DNA of 42,368 nucleotides from Candidatus Hydrothermarchaeales archaeon (GTDB lineage: Archaea > Hydrothermarchaeota > Hydrothermarchaeia > Hydrothermarchaeales > SZUA-236), in NCBI GenBank assembly GCA_046761145.1, contig JBHIFP010000002.1, positions 1-42,368 of the forward strand, in the 5' to 3' direction. Shown here piece by piece: positions 20,068 to 30,666 of the stretch. The translations under genes were made by a program, and so were the position numbers. The notes under the pieces are model-generated. The model did no database searches. It was not told the origin of the DNA and was given only the letters and a program-made list of their open reading frames with translations. Positions within the stretch are counted from its first letter, which is position 1. Every line of letters starts with the position of its first letter.

Positions 20068-21504
20068 GTGTCAGTTGTGGTAGATAAAACCGATGACGAT
20101 GGACGTTTAAAGGACCAGTGTGGGGTTGTGGGGCTCTATTCTCACGATAAGAAGGACGTCTCTCCTTACATGTTCTATGCCTTGTTTTCTCTACAACATC
20201 GGGGCCAAGAATCCTGTGGGATGACCACCCGGGATGAGAAATTCCACACCGAGAAGGACATGGGGCTGGTACCGGAGGTATTCGATCTAGACAAATTGGA
20301 GAAATTGCAGGGATACATGGGCATAGGGCATGTGAGGTACTCGACCACAGGCGAGTCAAAACTCGAGAATGCACAACCCTTTGTCGTCGCTCATTCGAAG
20401 TGCACGATGGCCATAGGGCATAATGGCAATATCATAAATTCGTTCGAGTTGAGAAAAAAGCTAGAGGCGAGTGGCCAAGCGTTTGTATCGACGACGGATA
20501 CGGAGGTAATTGCCCAGTTGATAATAAGGGAATTTTTGAAGAACAACGACATCGTCGCATCCATAGCAGAGGTGATGAAAACCCTCGTCGGTTCGTACTC
20601 CTTGACCATCTTGACTGACAATACCCTGATCGGAGTTAGAGATCCTTTGGGTATAAGGCCGTTATGCTTGGGAAGGGTAGACGATACCTACATTCTTGCA
20701 TCCGAATCCGTGGCCCTAGATGCGATAAGCGCTGAATATATAAAAGACATAGCACCTGGGGAGATCGTGGTAATAGATGATCGAGGCGTCAAGAGTTATA
20801 AACCCTTCAAGCTCAATAGGAAGGCCCACTGCATGTTCGAGTACGTCTACTTCGCTAGACCGGATTCCGCCTTGAATAAAGTCCAAGTTTATAATGTAAG
20901 AGAAAGGATAGGGCAGATCCTAGGAGAGTCGGATGGCATTGAGGCGGATTTCGTTACTGCAATTCCGGACTCTGCGATCCCTTTTGCTCTGGGCTACTCG
21001 AGAAGCTCGGGAATTCCTTACCGCGAAGGTCTGATAAAGAATAGGTATGTGGGCAGAACTTTCATATTACCAAGTCAAAAAGCGAGGGAACTGGCGGTAA
21101 GATTCAAGCTCAATCCCATGAGCTCCGAAGTCAAAGGGAAAAGAATTGTACTGTTCGACGATAGTATAGTAAGGGGGACGACGTCCAGTAGAGTGATCGG
21201 GATACTCAAGGCTTCTGGAGCGAAAGAGGTGCATATGAGGGTTGGATGTCCTCCAATAAAATCCCCCTGCCAACTGGGCATAGACATGCCAACTCCAGAG
21301 GAGTTAATAGCCTCCGATAAAAGCGTCGAAGAAATAAGGAGATATATAGGAGCGGATTCGCTGAGATATTCGTCCATCGAAGAACTGGAGGAGGCCATTG
21401 GGATGGACGAAGATGAACTTTGTCTTGGGTGTCTGACCGGCGATTATCCAGTTGATATGTCGAAGTACGAGCAGGTTTTATTGTCGTCCTTTATCAGTCG
21501 TTAA
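20068..21504 (+). CDS. purF: Amidophosphoribosyltransferase
   Basis: Propeptide + CGVVG, LQHRGQES, GHVRYST, CMFEYVYFARPDS, DDSIVRGTT, CLGC. Confidence 0.97.
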   Translation: MSVVVDKTDDDGRLKDQCGVVGLYSHDKKDVSPYMFYALFSLQHRGQESCGMTTRDEKFHTEKDMGLVPEVFDLDKLEKLQGYMGIGHVRYSTTGESKLENAQPFVVAHSKCTMAIGHNGNIINSFELRKKLEASGQAFVSTTDTEVIAQLIIREFLKNNDIVASIAEVMKTLVGSYSLTILTDNTLIGVRDPLGIRPLCLGRVDDTYILASESVALDAISAEYIKDIAPGEIVVIDDRGVKSYKPFKLNRKAHCMFEYVYFARPDSALNKVQVYNVRERIGQILGESDGIEADFVTAIPDSAIPFALGYSRSSGIPYREGLIKNRYVGRTFILPSQKARELAVRFKLNPMSSEVKGKRIVLFDDSIVRGTTSSRVIGILKASGAKEVHMRVGCPPIKSPCQLGIDMPTPEELIASDKSVEEIRRYIGADSLRYSSIEELEEAIGMDEDELCLGCLTGDYPVDMSKYEQVLLSSFISR

Positions 21505-21526
21505 AATTCATCGAACAACAAAATGA

Positions 21527-21600
<74 letters not shown>

Positions 21601-21884
21601 TTTTATTTCTCTGTTCCGATCTTCTTTTATGTGAATCTCATTTAAACAGTTTTTATTTACTTGATAAACACCTTGGGATTTCAAGGCGAGTGAACTTCCC
21701 TTAGAAATGCGAAAAGGCGAAAGATTAAATAAGTGGAGAGAAGATTTGCTTTGGTGTAGATCGATAGCATGTCACAACTCCTGTGAAGCCACAAAAGGCC
21801 TTAGCAGACCCTAAGTATTATATATGGGCGGAAAAAATAATTAATAAAATACGGGTTTAGAAAAAACCCAAAGGTAGGAGAGCC

Positions 21885-23618
21885 ATGAAAAGGATATCGG
21901 CATATTTGATGATTTTGATGCTACTTTTGGTGTTCACCCCCTCTCCAGCAACTTCGGAAGAGAGCGCATATGTCGATATTCTGCATTACGACCTAAACGT
22001 ACAAGTATCCCCCGAGGGACACGAACTATATGTTGTAGCCTCTCTCCACTTAAAGGCATTGAAGGATGGGGTATCGAGTGTCTCTTTCTTGCTGAACAAT
22101 GGTTTGGAACTGAGTAGCGTAAAAGATGGAAAAGGGGAGTCTTTGAGTTTCGACCGGGACGGGAACGACGTTATCGTGTTTTTGAATGATCCCTTAAACG
22201 AAGGTGAGGAGAGAGTAATAAAGTTCGAGTACTCTGGCATTTTGAAGATCGAAGAAAAAATTGGTCGCTACGGTTTTTGGGGGTATATAGGTCCAGAAGG
22301 CAGTTATATGATATACGAGTCCGTATGGTACCCGATGATCTGGGGGGAAAGGTCGACGGCCGAGATCTCCATCAGAGTTCCAAAAGGCCAGACCGCAATA
22401 TCTGTCGGCGAATTGAGGGAGATAAAAGACGATGGCGAATACTCCACCTTTGTATGGCAGGCGTATATACCCACAAGGGGGATCTCTTTCACGGCGGCGG
22501 AGTATAAACTGAAGTCGACACAGTATAAGCATACCGACGTAAAATGTTATATCTTTTCAAAGGCGCCCTACATAGCAAATAAATGCCTACAGATATCGAT
22601 CGATATCCTGGACTTTTACTCTTCGAAATTTGGCGAATACCCCTATTCAAAATTTGCAGTGACCGAGATACCGGAATTCTTCTCCGGAGGGCACGGAGAT
22701 CAAGGATTTATCATGATGGACTCGAACTTATTCAGATCATCTTTACCGCCGGAATTTTTGGCTCATGAGATTGCACACAATTGGTGGGGGGCATTGGTCT
22801 TTGCTGAGGGGGAGAACAGTCTGCGCTCGGTCAAAGGATTTTGGAATTTCCCAGAGGCGCAATCGAGAACAGAGGGCGAAGAGTACAATTATTGGTTACT
22901 GGAGGGTTTTGCGACGTACTCCGGCTTGTTGTACATCGAGCACGAAGACGGGAGGAAAAAGATGATCGATTCGCTGGAAGACAAGAGGAAGGAGTACCTC
23001 GATAAAATTAAAGAATATTCAGACGAACCCATATTGGGGGTAGAGGAGGAGTACGGAGAAGGCAGATACCACGCCATCGTTTACAGCAAAGGTGCTTGGG
23101 TCCTCCACATGTTGAGGTACGTGGTGGGCGACCAAATCTACTTCGATATAATGAGGAATTACGCCCGACAATTCGAGGGGAAGAGCGCGAACATCGAGGA
23201 CTTTCAGGAGATAAGCGAGGGGGTATACGGCCGAGATATGGATTGGTTCTTCGATCAGTGGATAAGAGGAACTGCCTTGCCTGATTACGCAATAGGCGAC
23301 GTGGCGGTTACGGAGAATTCGGGTAGATACTCCATCAAGGCCAGTATCTTACAGAGAGGGGATATGACCCAAATGCCCGTAGATATAACCTTACACACCA
23401 AGGGATTGGAGGTAACCAAAAGGGTTTGGATCGACGAACCCGTAGAGTCCGTTACCTTCACTGCGTATGCACAACCGGGTTATCTCGAGATCGACCAAGA
23501 TTATTGGATATTGGAATCCAACAAATTCAATAACATATACTTCTTTGAGTACTCCCCAACTTTGAAGACGTTAAAGTCGATCATCTTGCGATTAAAGAGG
23601 ATACTCTATCTATTCTAA
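21885..23618 (+). CDS. Secreted M1-family zinc aminopeptidase-like protein
   Basis: Signal peptide, FGEYPYSK, AHEIAHNWWG, WLLEGFATY, YSKGAWVLHML, WFFDQW. Confidence 0.88.
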   Translation: MKRISAYLMILMLLLVFTPSPATSEESAYVDILHYDLNVQVSPEGHELYVVASLHLKALKDGVSSVSFLLNNGLELSSVKDGKGESLSFDRDGNDVIVFLNDPLNEGEERVIKFEYSGILKIEEKIGRYGFWGYIGPEGSYMIYESVWYPMIWGERSTAEISIRVPKGQTAISVGELREIKDDGEYSTFVWQAYIPTRGISFTAAEYKLKSTQYKHTDVKCYIFSKAPYIANKCLQISIDILDFYSSKFGEYPYSKFAVTEIPEFFSGGHGDQGFIMMDSNLFRSSLPPEFLAHEIAHNWWGALVFAEGENSLRSVKGFWNFPEAQSRTEGEEYNYWLLEGFATYSGLLYIEHEDGRKKMIDSLEDKRKEYLDKIKEYSDEPILGVEEEYGEGRYHAIVYSKGAWVLHMLRYVVGDQIYFDIMRNYARQFEGKSANIEDFQEISEGVYGRDMDWFFDQWIRGTALPDYAIGDVAVTENSGRYSIKASILQRGDMTQMPVDITLHTKGLEVTKRVWIDEPVESVTFTAYAQPGYLEIDQDYWILESNKFNNIYFFEYSPTLKTLKSIILRLKRILYLF

Positions 23619-24004
23619 CCTCCTTCTTCAGGTCCGAAAGATGGGAGCACTACGGGTGATGGCAGCCCCATATGTTTTGAGATGTCGAATATCATCGCTA
23701 AGATGTTTCTGAAGATAGTATTGACGACCTGCTTCTGAATTTTCTTCTTTTCGTTCCAGTTTTCGTCGATATCTTTGAGCTTTTTTAAGGTGTCGGAATA
23801 ATATATCTCTCCATCGACTCTGATGTGACCTATCCCCTCCAGGTAGGATATGGTAAATGAATAAGGTATTTCCAATACCCTCTCTTTCTCATTTATCTTT
23901 CTCTCACCCAATTGAATATTGTAATCCAAGCGATACTCTTCGATTTTGTCCGGAGGGATATTTCTCTTGCATTCGACGCTATCTACTCGGTACCTTGTTA
24001 TCAT
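23615..24004 (-). CDS. Conserved archaeal protein, SecB/arcadin-1-like fold
   Basis: beta-beta-beta-alpha pattern (FTISY..IG.I..DGEI) and C-terminal GLPSPV.LP. Confidence 0.5.
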   Translation of the reverse strand: MITRYRVDSVECKRNIPPDKIEEYRLDYNIQLGERKINEKERVLEIPYSFTISYLEGIGHIRVDGEIYYSDTLKKLKDIDENWNEKKKIQKQVVNTIFRNILAMIFDISKHMGLPSPVVLPSFGPEEGG

Positions 24005-24121
24005 ATAACCGCCCTTGGCTTACGGTGAACTGCCATTCTTACCCTACACGGGGCTACCTTATATAAAATCTTTGCTGAAATTGTTGGAACTAGGTACCGG
24101 ATATATGTGAATCTTTTACCT

Positions 24122-24481
24122 TTATACTGCCAGTATCTCCACATCAACGCCGTGGATGATATCGTTAAATTCGTCGAAGTCGCATTTGGCGTCATTCCCC
24201 ACACGGGTGACTATCGTCCATCCATACTGCTCTTCCACACCAATAGTCAATCTTCTATCCCTATTTCGCCGATAGTATATGAGGTATACGATCGCCCCGA
24301 GGAAGATGTAAAGAAAACCCGAAAGAAAGATGAACCAGTTGAACTTCCTCCGCTTCATAAAGGATACCCTCGTCTCAAACTCCAAAGTTTTATCGTATTT
24401 ATCTTTATAATATTCCACCGCCTTCTCTATTACCTCTCTTTGGGGGAGTTTTGTCTTGCGTCTAATCAACATGATATCCAC
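24122..24481 (-). CDS. Hypothetical membrane protein
   Basis: Central hydrophobic stretch FNWFIFLSGFLYIFLGAIVYLIYY flanked by basic residues. Confidence 0.6.
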   Translation of the reverse strand: MDIMLIRRKTKLPQREVIEKAVEYYKDKYDKTLEFETRVSFMKRRKFNWFIFLSGFLYIFLGAIVYLIYYRRNRDRRLTIGVEEQYGWTIVTRVGNDAKCDFDEFNDIIHGVDVEILAV

Positions 24482-24546
24482 ATTTCAGGGGATACAAAGG
24501 AATATAAAGGTTATGCCAGATTAAAGGTACTGCGCTCGGTGATTGG

Positions 24547-25350
24547 ATGGATTTGGTCTTTCTGGGTTCTGGTGGCGGTAGATGGGTGACTTTGACTCAA
24601 AGGATGAGAACAGGGGGATTTAGGATCCACGATAACGAGAATATCCACGTAGACCCGGGCCCCGGTGCATTGATAGCTATGCATGAGGAGAGGATCGACC
24701 CTCTAAAGACTGATGCCGTTTTCGTAACGCACTGCCATCCGGATCACTACAACGATGCGGAGATATTGATAGAAGCGATGACTGGGGGAGCGACGAGGAA
24801 GAGGGGGGCCTTGGCCGGAAGCGGAAGTGTCCTCGTTGGTAGCGATACTTTGGGGCCCGCAATCTCCAAATATCACCAGTCGAAGGTCCTAGAGAGATGT
24901 GTATTGAAGCTAGGTCAAAAGGTCGAGGTTGGCGATGTAACCATCGAAGCCCTCCCCACCAAGCACTCCGATCCGAGCACGGTAGGTCTCAAATTTTATA
25001 CCGATGCCGGCACTATAACGTACTCCTCGGATACCGAATATTTTGACGGTTTGTTGGAGGAGTACAGAGATTCGCAGATATTGGTCCTGAATACGATGCG
25101 GCCAGCTAGCAATAGGATACCCTGGCACCTATGTACGGATGATGCAATAACCATATTGAAGGAGGTTAGACCAAAACTGGCGATCTTGAACCACTTTGGG
25201 ATGAAGATGCTGGGCATTAGATATAAGGAGACCAAAAGGGTTGAAGAGGAAAGCGGAGTAAAAACCTTGCCGGCCGATGACGGAATGCGGTTGAATATCT
25301 CAGATATCTTGGAAGGGGTTAGCAGGGAAAAAGGTTTCAGAAAACTTTGA
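24547..25350 (+). CDS. Metallo-beta-lactamase-fold hydrolase
   Basis: FLGSGGGR, VDPGPG, THCHPDH, YSSDT, NHFG. Confidence 0.9.
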   Translation: MDLVFLGSGGGRWVTLTQRMRTGGFRIHDNENIHVDPGPGALIAMHEERIDPLKTDAVFVTHCHPDHYNDAEILIEAMTGGATRKRGALAGSGSVLVGSDTLGPAISKYHQSKVLERCVLKLGQKVEVGDVTIEALPTKHSDPSTVGLKFYTDAGTITYSSDTEYFDGLLEEYRDSQILVLNTMRPASNRIPWHLCTDDAITILKEVRPKLAILNHFGMKMLGIRYKETKRVEEESGVKTLPADDGMRLNISDILEGVSREKGFRKL

Positions 25351-25485
25351 ATACGTTTTAGTTATAGTAGCCCTACCGTAAATTCGATATTTGGTTGATG
25401 CTCTGAAACCACCGTCAGATTTTTAAATAATTTTGACGGATGATACCATGACTACTCGTCATGAGTCTAAAACAACAGTGAAAGT

Positions 25486-28152
25486 ATGATGCCAAGAGAT
25501 TATGACCCGAAAATATCAGAGCCGAAGTGGCAGAAGTTTTGGGAAGATAGAGGAGTGTATAGATTCGATCCCAATAGCGATAAGCCCATCTACAGCGTAG
25601 ATACCCCGCCCCCCACCGTCTCCGGTGGTATGCATCTCGGGCACGCCTTCTCGTATTCCCACGCTGACTTTATAATCAGATTCTGGAGGATGATGGGCTA
25701 CAACGTCTTCTATCCCTTCGGTTTTGACGACAACGGCTTGGCAACGGAGAGGTTCGTCGAAAATAAGTGCAACGTCAGGGCGGTAGATATGCCCAGAAAA
25801 GAGTTCGTGGAGCTCTGTTTGAAGGAGACCGAAGAGTTGGAGGAGGAGATGAAGAAGTCGTGGTCTTCATTGGGCATTTCACCGGACTGGAGCATAAACT
25901 ATAGAACCATAGACGATTGGGTACAGAAGACGAGCCAAAGATCCTTCATCGAACTCTACAAGATGGGTAGGGAATACAGGAAGAAGGCCCCGACCATATG
26001 GTGCCCGACGTGTAGGACCGCCATCGCCCAAGTTGAGCTAGAGGATAGAAGGCTGAGTTCCTATTTCAGCGACATCTATTTTGAACTGGAGGATGGGAAG
26101 AAGATAATCATAGCGACCACAAGACCCGAGTTGTTGCCATCTTGTGTCTCCATCTTCGTCCATCCCGAAGACGAGCGATATAAAGATTTGATCGGGAAGA
26201 AAGCCAAGGTTCCGTTGTTCGGTCAAAAGGTTCTCATCATAGCGGATGAGAGGGTCGACCCCGAGAAAGGAACCGGAATTGTGATGTGCTGTACGTTTGG
26301 AGATTTGACCGACATAGAGTGGTGGCACGCCTATAAACTTCCCCTCAAAATCTCCATAACAAAGGATGGAAGGTTGAACGAGCTGGCGGGAAGATATCAA
26401 GACCTCACCCTAAAAGAAGCTCGAGAAGCGATCGTCGAGGACCTAAAGGCCAACAACCTACTCATAAAGCAGGAGAAGATCACCCACGATGTCAACGTTC
26501 ACGAGAGGTGTGGAACCGAGATAGAATTTCTGGTAACGAAGCAGTGGTTCATCAGGTATCTGGACATGAAAGATGAGTTCATAGAGGCCGGAAAGGAGAT
26601 TAACTGGCATCCGGAGCACATGAGGGCAAGATATGACAACTGGGTAAAGGGTTTGCAATGGGATTGGTGCATCTCCCGCCAGAGGTACTATGGCATTCCC
26701 TTCCCGGTGTGGTACTGTAAAAAATGTGGGGGGGTGATGCTGCCCGACGACGAGGACTTGCCGGTGGACCCCCTACAAGATAAACCGAAAAGGCCGTGCA
26801 GATGTGGTTCTATGGAGTTCGAGGGGGAGAAGGACGTCTTAGATACATGGGCAACTTCCTCTTTAACTCCTCAAATACCCCTGAAGTGGAGAGAGGATGA
26901 CGATTTTTTCGACAAGATGTATCCCATGAGCCTTAGACCCCAAGCCCACGATATCATCACCTTCTGGGCCTTCAACACGGTCGTCAAGAGCTTGCTCCAC
27001 GAAAAGAAGATCCCTTGGACCGACATCATGATCTCGGGTCATGCATTGGACCCGCACGGCAAAAAGATGTCCAAATCAAAAGGCAACATAATCGATCCAG
27101 ATTATGTGATAGGCAAATATTCTGCGGACTGTTTGAGGCTTTGGGCCGCCAAGTCCAAGTTGGGGGAAGACCTGCCATCTCAAGAGAAAGATTGGCAGAC
27201 CGCTGGGAAGTTCATAACCAAGCTCTGGAATGCCTCCAAGTTCGCCATCTCCCATTTGGGAGATTACGACGGTGAAAGAGCAAGACTCAACGCCGTCGAT
27301 AGATGGATCCTCTCAAAACTCCAGAAGGTCATAAAAGAATCCACCGACTTATTCAAAGGCTATGAATATTCGCAAGCCGTAAAGCTCATAAAGCACTTCT
27401 TCTGGCACGATGTCTGCGATAACTATCTAGAAGTGTGCAAGCACCGGCTATACAATCCCGAGATTTATGGAGAAGATGCGAGGAAGGCGGCTCAGTATAC
27501 CCTCTACAGTCTGATCTTAAACTCTCTCAAAATGATGGCCCCCATCATACCCCACATAACAGAGGAGCTTTATCAGATGTACTTCGTAAAACAGGAGAAA
27601 GAGACGAGCATCCACATCTCTCCATGGCCCAGACCCAATGAAAGTTTGATAGATGAAGAAGCGGAACGGCGAGGAGAGCTTGTGATAGACCTAATCTCGC
27701 GGATCAGGCGGTATAAAGCCGGGATCGGGATCCCGTTGAACTACGAACTCGGTAATGTTGGTATCTACGCCGCAAACGAAGTTGCCTCTTTCTTAAAAGA
27801 GGAAAAGGGGACTATAGAAGGTGCCATGAGGATAGGGAAACTTGAGATCTTGACCGGTGCTTTAGATGCAGAAGAGCACGTCCTAGAGATCGTCCCGGAC
27901 TTCTCGACCATAGGCCCCGAGTTCAAGGGAGATACAAGGAAGATCATCGCATTCTTGGAGTCTTGCGATAAAGACAACTTTGCAAAAGAGCTCGGAACCG
28001 CCGGCGAGGTAATCGTTGATAAAGATCATAAGATACTCCCCTGCCACATCAAAAACATCAAGAAAGAAGTCACGAGTGAAGGCAAAAAGGTAGATATCCT
28101 AGAGGTTCCTGAGCAACCCGATATCTCCATTGTGGTGATAAAACCAGATTGA
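25486..28152 (+). CDS. valS: Valine--tRNA ligase, archaeal type
   Basis: DTPPPTVSG, HLGH, IATTRPE, DWCISRQR, DTWATSS, KMSKS. Confidence 0.96.
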   Translation: MMPRDYDPKISEPKWQKFWEDRGVYRFDPNSDKPIYSVDTPPPTVSGGMHLGHAFSYSHADFIIRFWRMMGYNVFYPFGFDDNGLATERFVENKCNVRAVDMPRKEFVELCLKETEELEEEMKKSWSSLGISPDWSINYRTIDDWVQKTSQRSFIELYKMGREYRKKAPTIWCPTCRTAIAQVELEDRRLSSYFSDIYFELEDGKKIIIATTRPELLPSCVSIFVHPEDERYKDLIGKKAKVPLFGQKVLIIADERVDPEKGTGIVMCCTFGDLTDIEWWHAYKLPLKISITKDGRLNELAGRYQDLTLKEAREAIVEDLKANNLLIKQEKITHDVNVHERCGTEIEFLVTKQWFIRYLDMKDEFIEAGKEINWHPEHMRARYDNWVKGLQWDWCISRQRYYGIPFPVWYCKKCGGVMLPDDEDLPVDPLQDKPKRPCRCGSMEFEGEKDVLDTWATSSLTPQIPLKWREDDDFFDKMYPMSLRPQAHDIITFWAFNTVVKSLLHEKKIPWTDIMISGHALDPHGKKMSKSKGNIIDPDYVIGKYSADCLRLWAAKSKLGEDLPSQEKDWQTAGKFITKLWNASKFAISHLGDYDGERARLNAVDRWILSKLQKVIKESTDLFKGYEYSQAVKLIKHFFWHDVCDNYLEVCKHRLYNPEIYGEDARKAAQYTLYSLILNSLKMMAPIIPHITEELYQMYFVKQEKETSIHISPWPRPNESLIDEEAERRGELVIDLISRIRRYKAGIGIPLNYELGNVGIYAANEVASFLKEEKGTIEGAMRIGKLEILTGALDAEEHVLEIVPDFSTIGPEFKGDTRKIIAFLESCDKDNFAKELGTAGEVIVDKDHKILPCHIKNIKKEVTSEGKKVDILEVPEQPDISIVVIKPD

Positions 28153-28250
28153 TCAACCATACTTCTCAAGATTGCTCGGAATCATTTTTCCTGCACGATA
28201 CCCCCATATCCTCAGAATTTGGGATTTGACCGAGTGGAGAAGGAACCATC

Positions 28251-29351
28251 ATGAAGAAGCTCATCGAAGACTTGAGAGACCAGGTATATTCCGAACTGGA
28301 GAGATGCATCGAATGCGAGGAGTGCACAAAGGCTTGTCCTCTACCTGAGAGCGATGAGATCTATATAAAGGACCTAAATCGGGCTACAGCTTCTGAAGAC
28401 GAGCCTCCGAGGAAGTTACTAGAATTCGCCTTCGACTGTTTTGGGTGCGGTGCATGCGTTCCGGTATGCCCCGAAGATTTGAGGCGAGATTTAATGATGA
28501 TTTGGTTGAGATCAAGAGGGAAGTTGCCGAGGGGATATAACGATCTACTTCACTGGAGGGGCCAAGGCCTCTCCATCTCCGAAAATGTTGCCCTTTCTAT
28601 CCTGAGAATGCTCAAACGAAACGTGGTAAAAGGGCTGATAAAGCACGTGGACAATACCGATCTTAAGAAATCCGAAAACCTGTTCTACTTCGGATGTTAC
28701 ATCTTCTCGCCCTCGAGGATATGCCATCCTACCCTCCGTTTGGCAGACCACCTTGGGATGGATTACGAGGTAATGGCGGGGTACCGATATTGCTGCGGAT
28801 ATCCCCACTACTCCGCGGGACAGTTGAATAGGGGAGAAAAACTCCTTTCGGACCTCTATAGAGCAATAAAGAAGGTAAGCCCCAAGTTAGTGATCACAGG
28901 ATGCGCAGAATGCTACGTTGCTTTAAAGATGATAAAAAAGCAATTTGATGCCGATTTTGAACTCATCACGACCAGCGGATGGATCCTTCGGAATCTCGGC
29001 AAATTTGACCTATCGAAAACGGATGAAAAGGTGACTTTTCACGATGCCTGCATGTTGAGTCGCTTGGAAGGGTTATCCGAAACTCCCCGTCGGGTAATCG
29101 ATCAAATGGCCGAGCTCGTCGAAATCTCCGATAATAGGGAAAACTCCCTCTGCTGCGGCGGTATGAGGGCCAAACACAATAGGGAAGGGTTGCTAAAAAT
29201 CCAAGTGAAAAAGTTAGAAGATGCCAAGAAGACCAAAGCAAAAAAGATGATTACGGAGTGCATAACCTGCTGGGAGAAATATCATCCATTGGCCAAAGAA
29301 CACGGGATTGAGGTTGTCGATATCGTCGAGATGGTATACAACGCTATGTGA
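28251..29351 (+). CDS. Fe-S oxidoreductase, HdrD/GlpC-like (ferredoxin + two CCG domains)
   Basis: CIECEECTKACP, CFGCGACVPVCP, YCCG, GCAEC, FHDAC, LCCGG, ECITC. Confidence 0.88.
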   Translation: MKKLIEDLRDQVYSELERCIECEECTKACPLPESDEIYIKDLNRATASEDEPPRKLLEFAFDCFGCGACVPVCPEDLRRDLMMIWLRSRGKLPRGYNDLLHWRGQGLSISENVALSILRMLKRNVVKGLIKHVDNTDLKKSENLFYFGCYIFSPSRICHPTLRLADHLGMDYEVMAGYRYCCGYPHYSAGQLNRGEKLLSDLYRAIKKVSPKLVITGCAECYVALKMIKKQFDADFELITTSGWILRNLGKFDLSKTDEKVTFHDACMLSRLEGLSETPRRVIDQMAELVEISDNRENSLCCGGMRAKHNREGLLKIQVKKLEDAKKTKAKKMITECITCWEKYHPLAKEHGIEVVDIVEMVYNAM

Positions 29352-29751
29352 AATAAGGGTAGTAGCCCGCCTCCGACCTAACCTTCTCTGCCTTCATTAT
29401 GTCCTTCATAGCTATAATGCCTATCAACCCGCCCTCTTCGTCCACTACGGGTAGCCTCCTGATGAGGTGGGCCGCCATGATCTTAGCGGCGTCATCGATT
29501 TTCCTATCCTCCGTAATGGTTCGAAGATCCTTTGACATTATCTCTTCTACCTTGGTATCTACACTCTTCCTCTCTACAACGATCTTGTAGACGATGTCCC
29601 TCTCCGTTATTATGCCGACGGGTTTGTTGCCTTCAACGATGACGAGGCCTCCCACTCTATTCTTCTTCATCGCCTCGGCTGCCTCGGCTACAGTAGCGGA
29701 TGGCCCAACCGTCTTCACATTCTTCGACATGACCTCTTTTACCGTTGTCAT
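29344..29751 (-). CDS. CBS-domain protein (one pair)
   Basis: VKEVMS, VGIITERDIV, IRRLPVV. Confidence 0.92.
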   Translation of the reverse strand: MTTVKEVMSKNVKTVGPSATVAEAAEAMKKNRVGGLVIVEGNKPVGIITERDIVYKIVVERKSVDTKVEEIMSKDLRTITEDRKIDDAAKIMAAHLIRRLPVVDEEGGLIGIIAMKDIMKAEKVRSEAGYYPYFT

Positions 29752-29803
29752 ATTCCTCGAAGATAGATTGTAATTTTTGATACATAAAGTTTGTTATTTC
29801 TCC

Positions 29804-29949
29804 GGCTTTGTCTCAAAACTCCTTCTCAATTCTTAGCACAACTATCCTGAGTATGTTGTAGACAACTAGCTTCAGGAACGGTTCTTTCTTCTTCTGTCCC
29901 TGGTTATTGACATATAATCAGGACTCAAGCCCACTTTTGAGACAAAGCA
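29804..29949. mobile_element. 146-bp MITE / internally deleted IS5-family element
   Basis: Perfect 14-bp TIRs GCTTTGTCTCAAAA (29805-29818) / TTTTGAGACAAAGC (29935-29948); 9-bp direct repeat TATTTCTCC at 29795-29803 and 29950-29958. Confidence 0.9.
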
Positions 29950-30107
29950 TATTTCTCCTTTTTTTACTTAATTTGCCATGTGTAAAAGGCCGGAGTAAAT
30001 AGGATTGTCCTAATTAAGTTGGCATGGAAAGAATGCTTTGCCTAGTTACCAATAAATTTATAATATTTGCTGTGAATATATTTAGTCAGGAAAAGGAGTG
30101 AAATTCT

Positions 30108-30665
30108 ATGGACGTTGAAGTGAGAGTAAAAGAAGTGATGACCCAAAAAGTCATAACCGTTACTCCGAATGAAACTGTAGACAACGCCACGAAGCTGATG
30201 GCAGAAAAGGATATCGGGTGCGTAATCGTCGTCGAGAACGGCAGACCAACGGGGATCGTTACCGAAAGGAACATCTGCTATGGGGTTGCCGCCTCAAACA
30301 GATTGGCAAGCGAAGTAGAGGTAAAGGAGATCATGTCATCGCCTTTACATACCATAGAACAGGACAAGACTTTGATAGAAGCCGCAAAAATTATGGCAAA
30401 GAAGAACTTCAGGAGACTGCCCGTCGTCGAGGGGGAAAAGCTCATCGGCATTATAACGAACAAGGATATAACCGCAATCTCGCCGAGGACTATAGAGATC
30501 CTAAGAGAGATAAATGATATATATGAGAGGGGAGGTCCGTCTACGATGGAGATGCCCGAAAAGGGCATCTGTGAACTCTGCGGGGACTTTACAGTCGCTT
30601 TATATGATGTGGATGGAAAATTCCTCTGTGAAGACTGTAGAGACGACTCCCTTGGAGGAGAATAG
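30108..30665 (+). CDS. CBS-domain protein with C-terminal Zn ribbon
   Basis: CBS pair followed by GICELCG...LCEDC. Confidence 0.9.
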   Translation: MDVEVRVKEVMTQKVITVTPNETVDNATKLMAEKDIGCVIVVENGRPTGIVTERNICYGVAASNRLASEVEVKEIMSSPLHTIEQDKTLIEAAKIMAKKNFRRLPVVEGEKLIGIITNKDITAISPRTIEILREINDIYERGGPSTMEMPEKGICELCGDFTVALYDVDGKFLCEDCRDDSLGGE

Positions 30666-30666
30666 C

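Noticed and set aside
21601-21884. Integrated element or sRNA after tRNA-Ala
   Set aside because: No integrase and no duplicated tRNA 3' end seen; TATA-like boxes present but no recognisable RNA motif
24107-24589. 160-aa plus-strand ORF
   Set aside because: Shadow of the minus-strand membrane protein and overlaps the MBL gene
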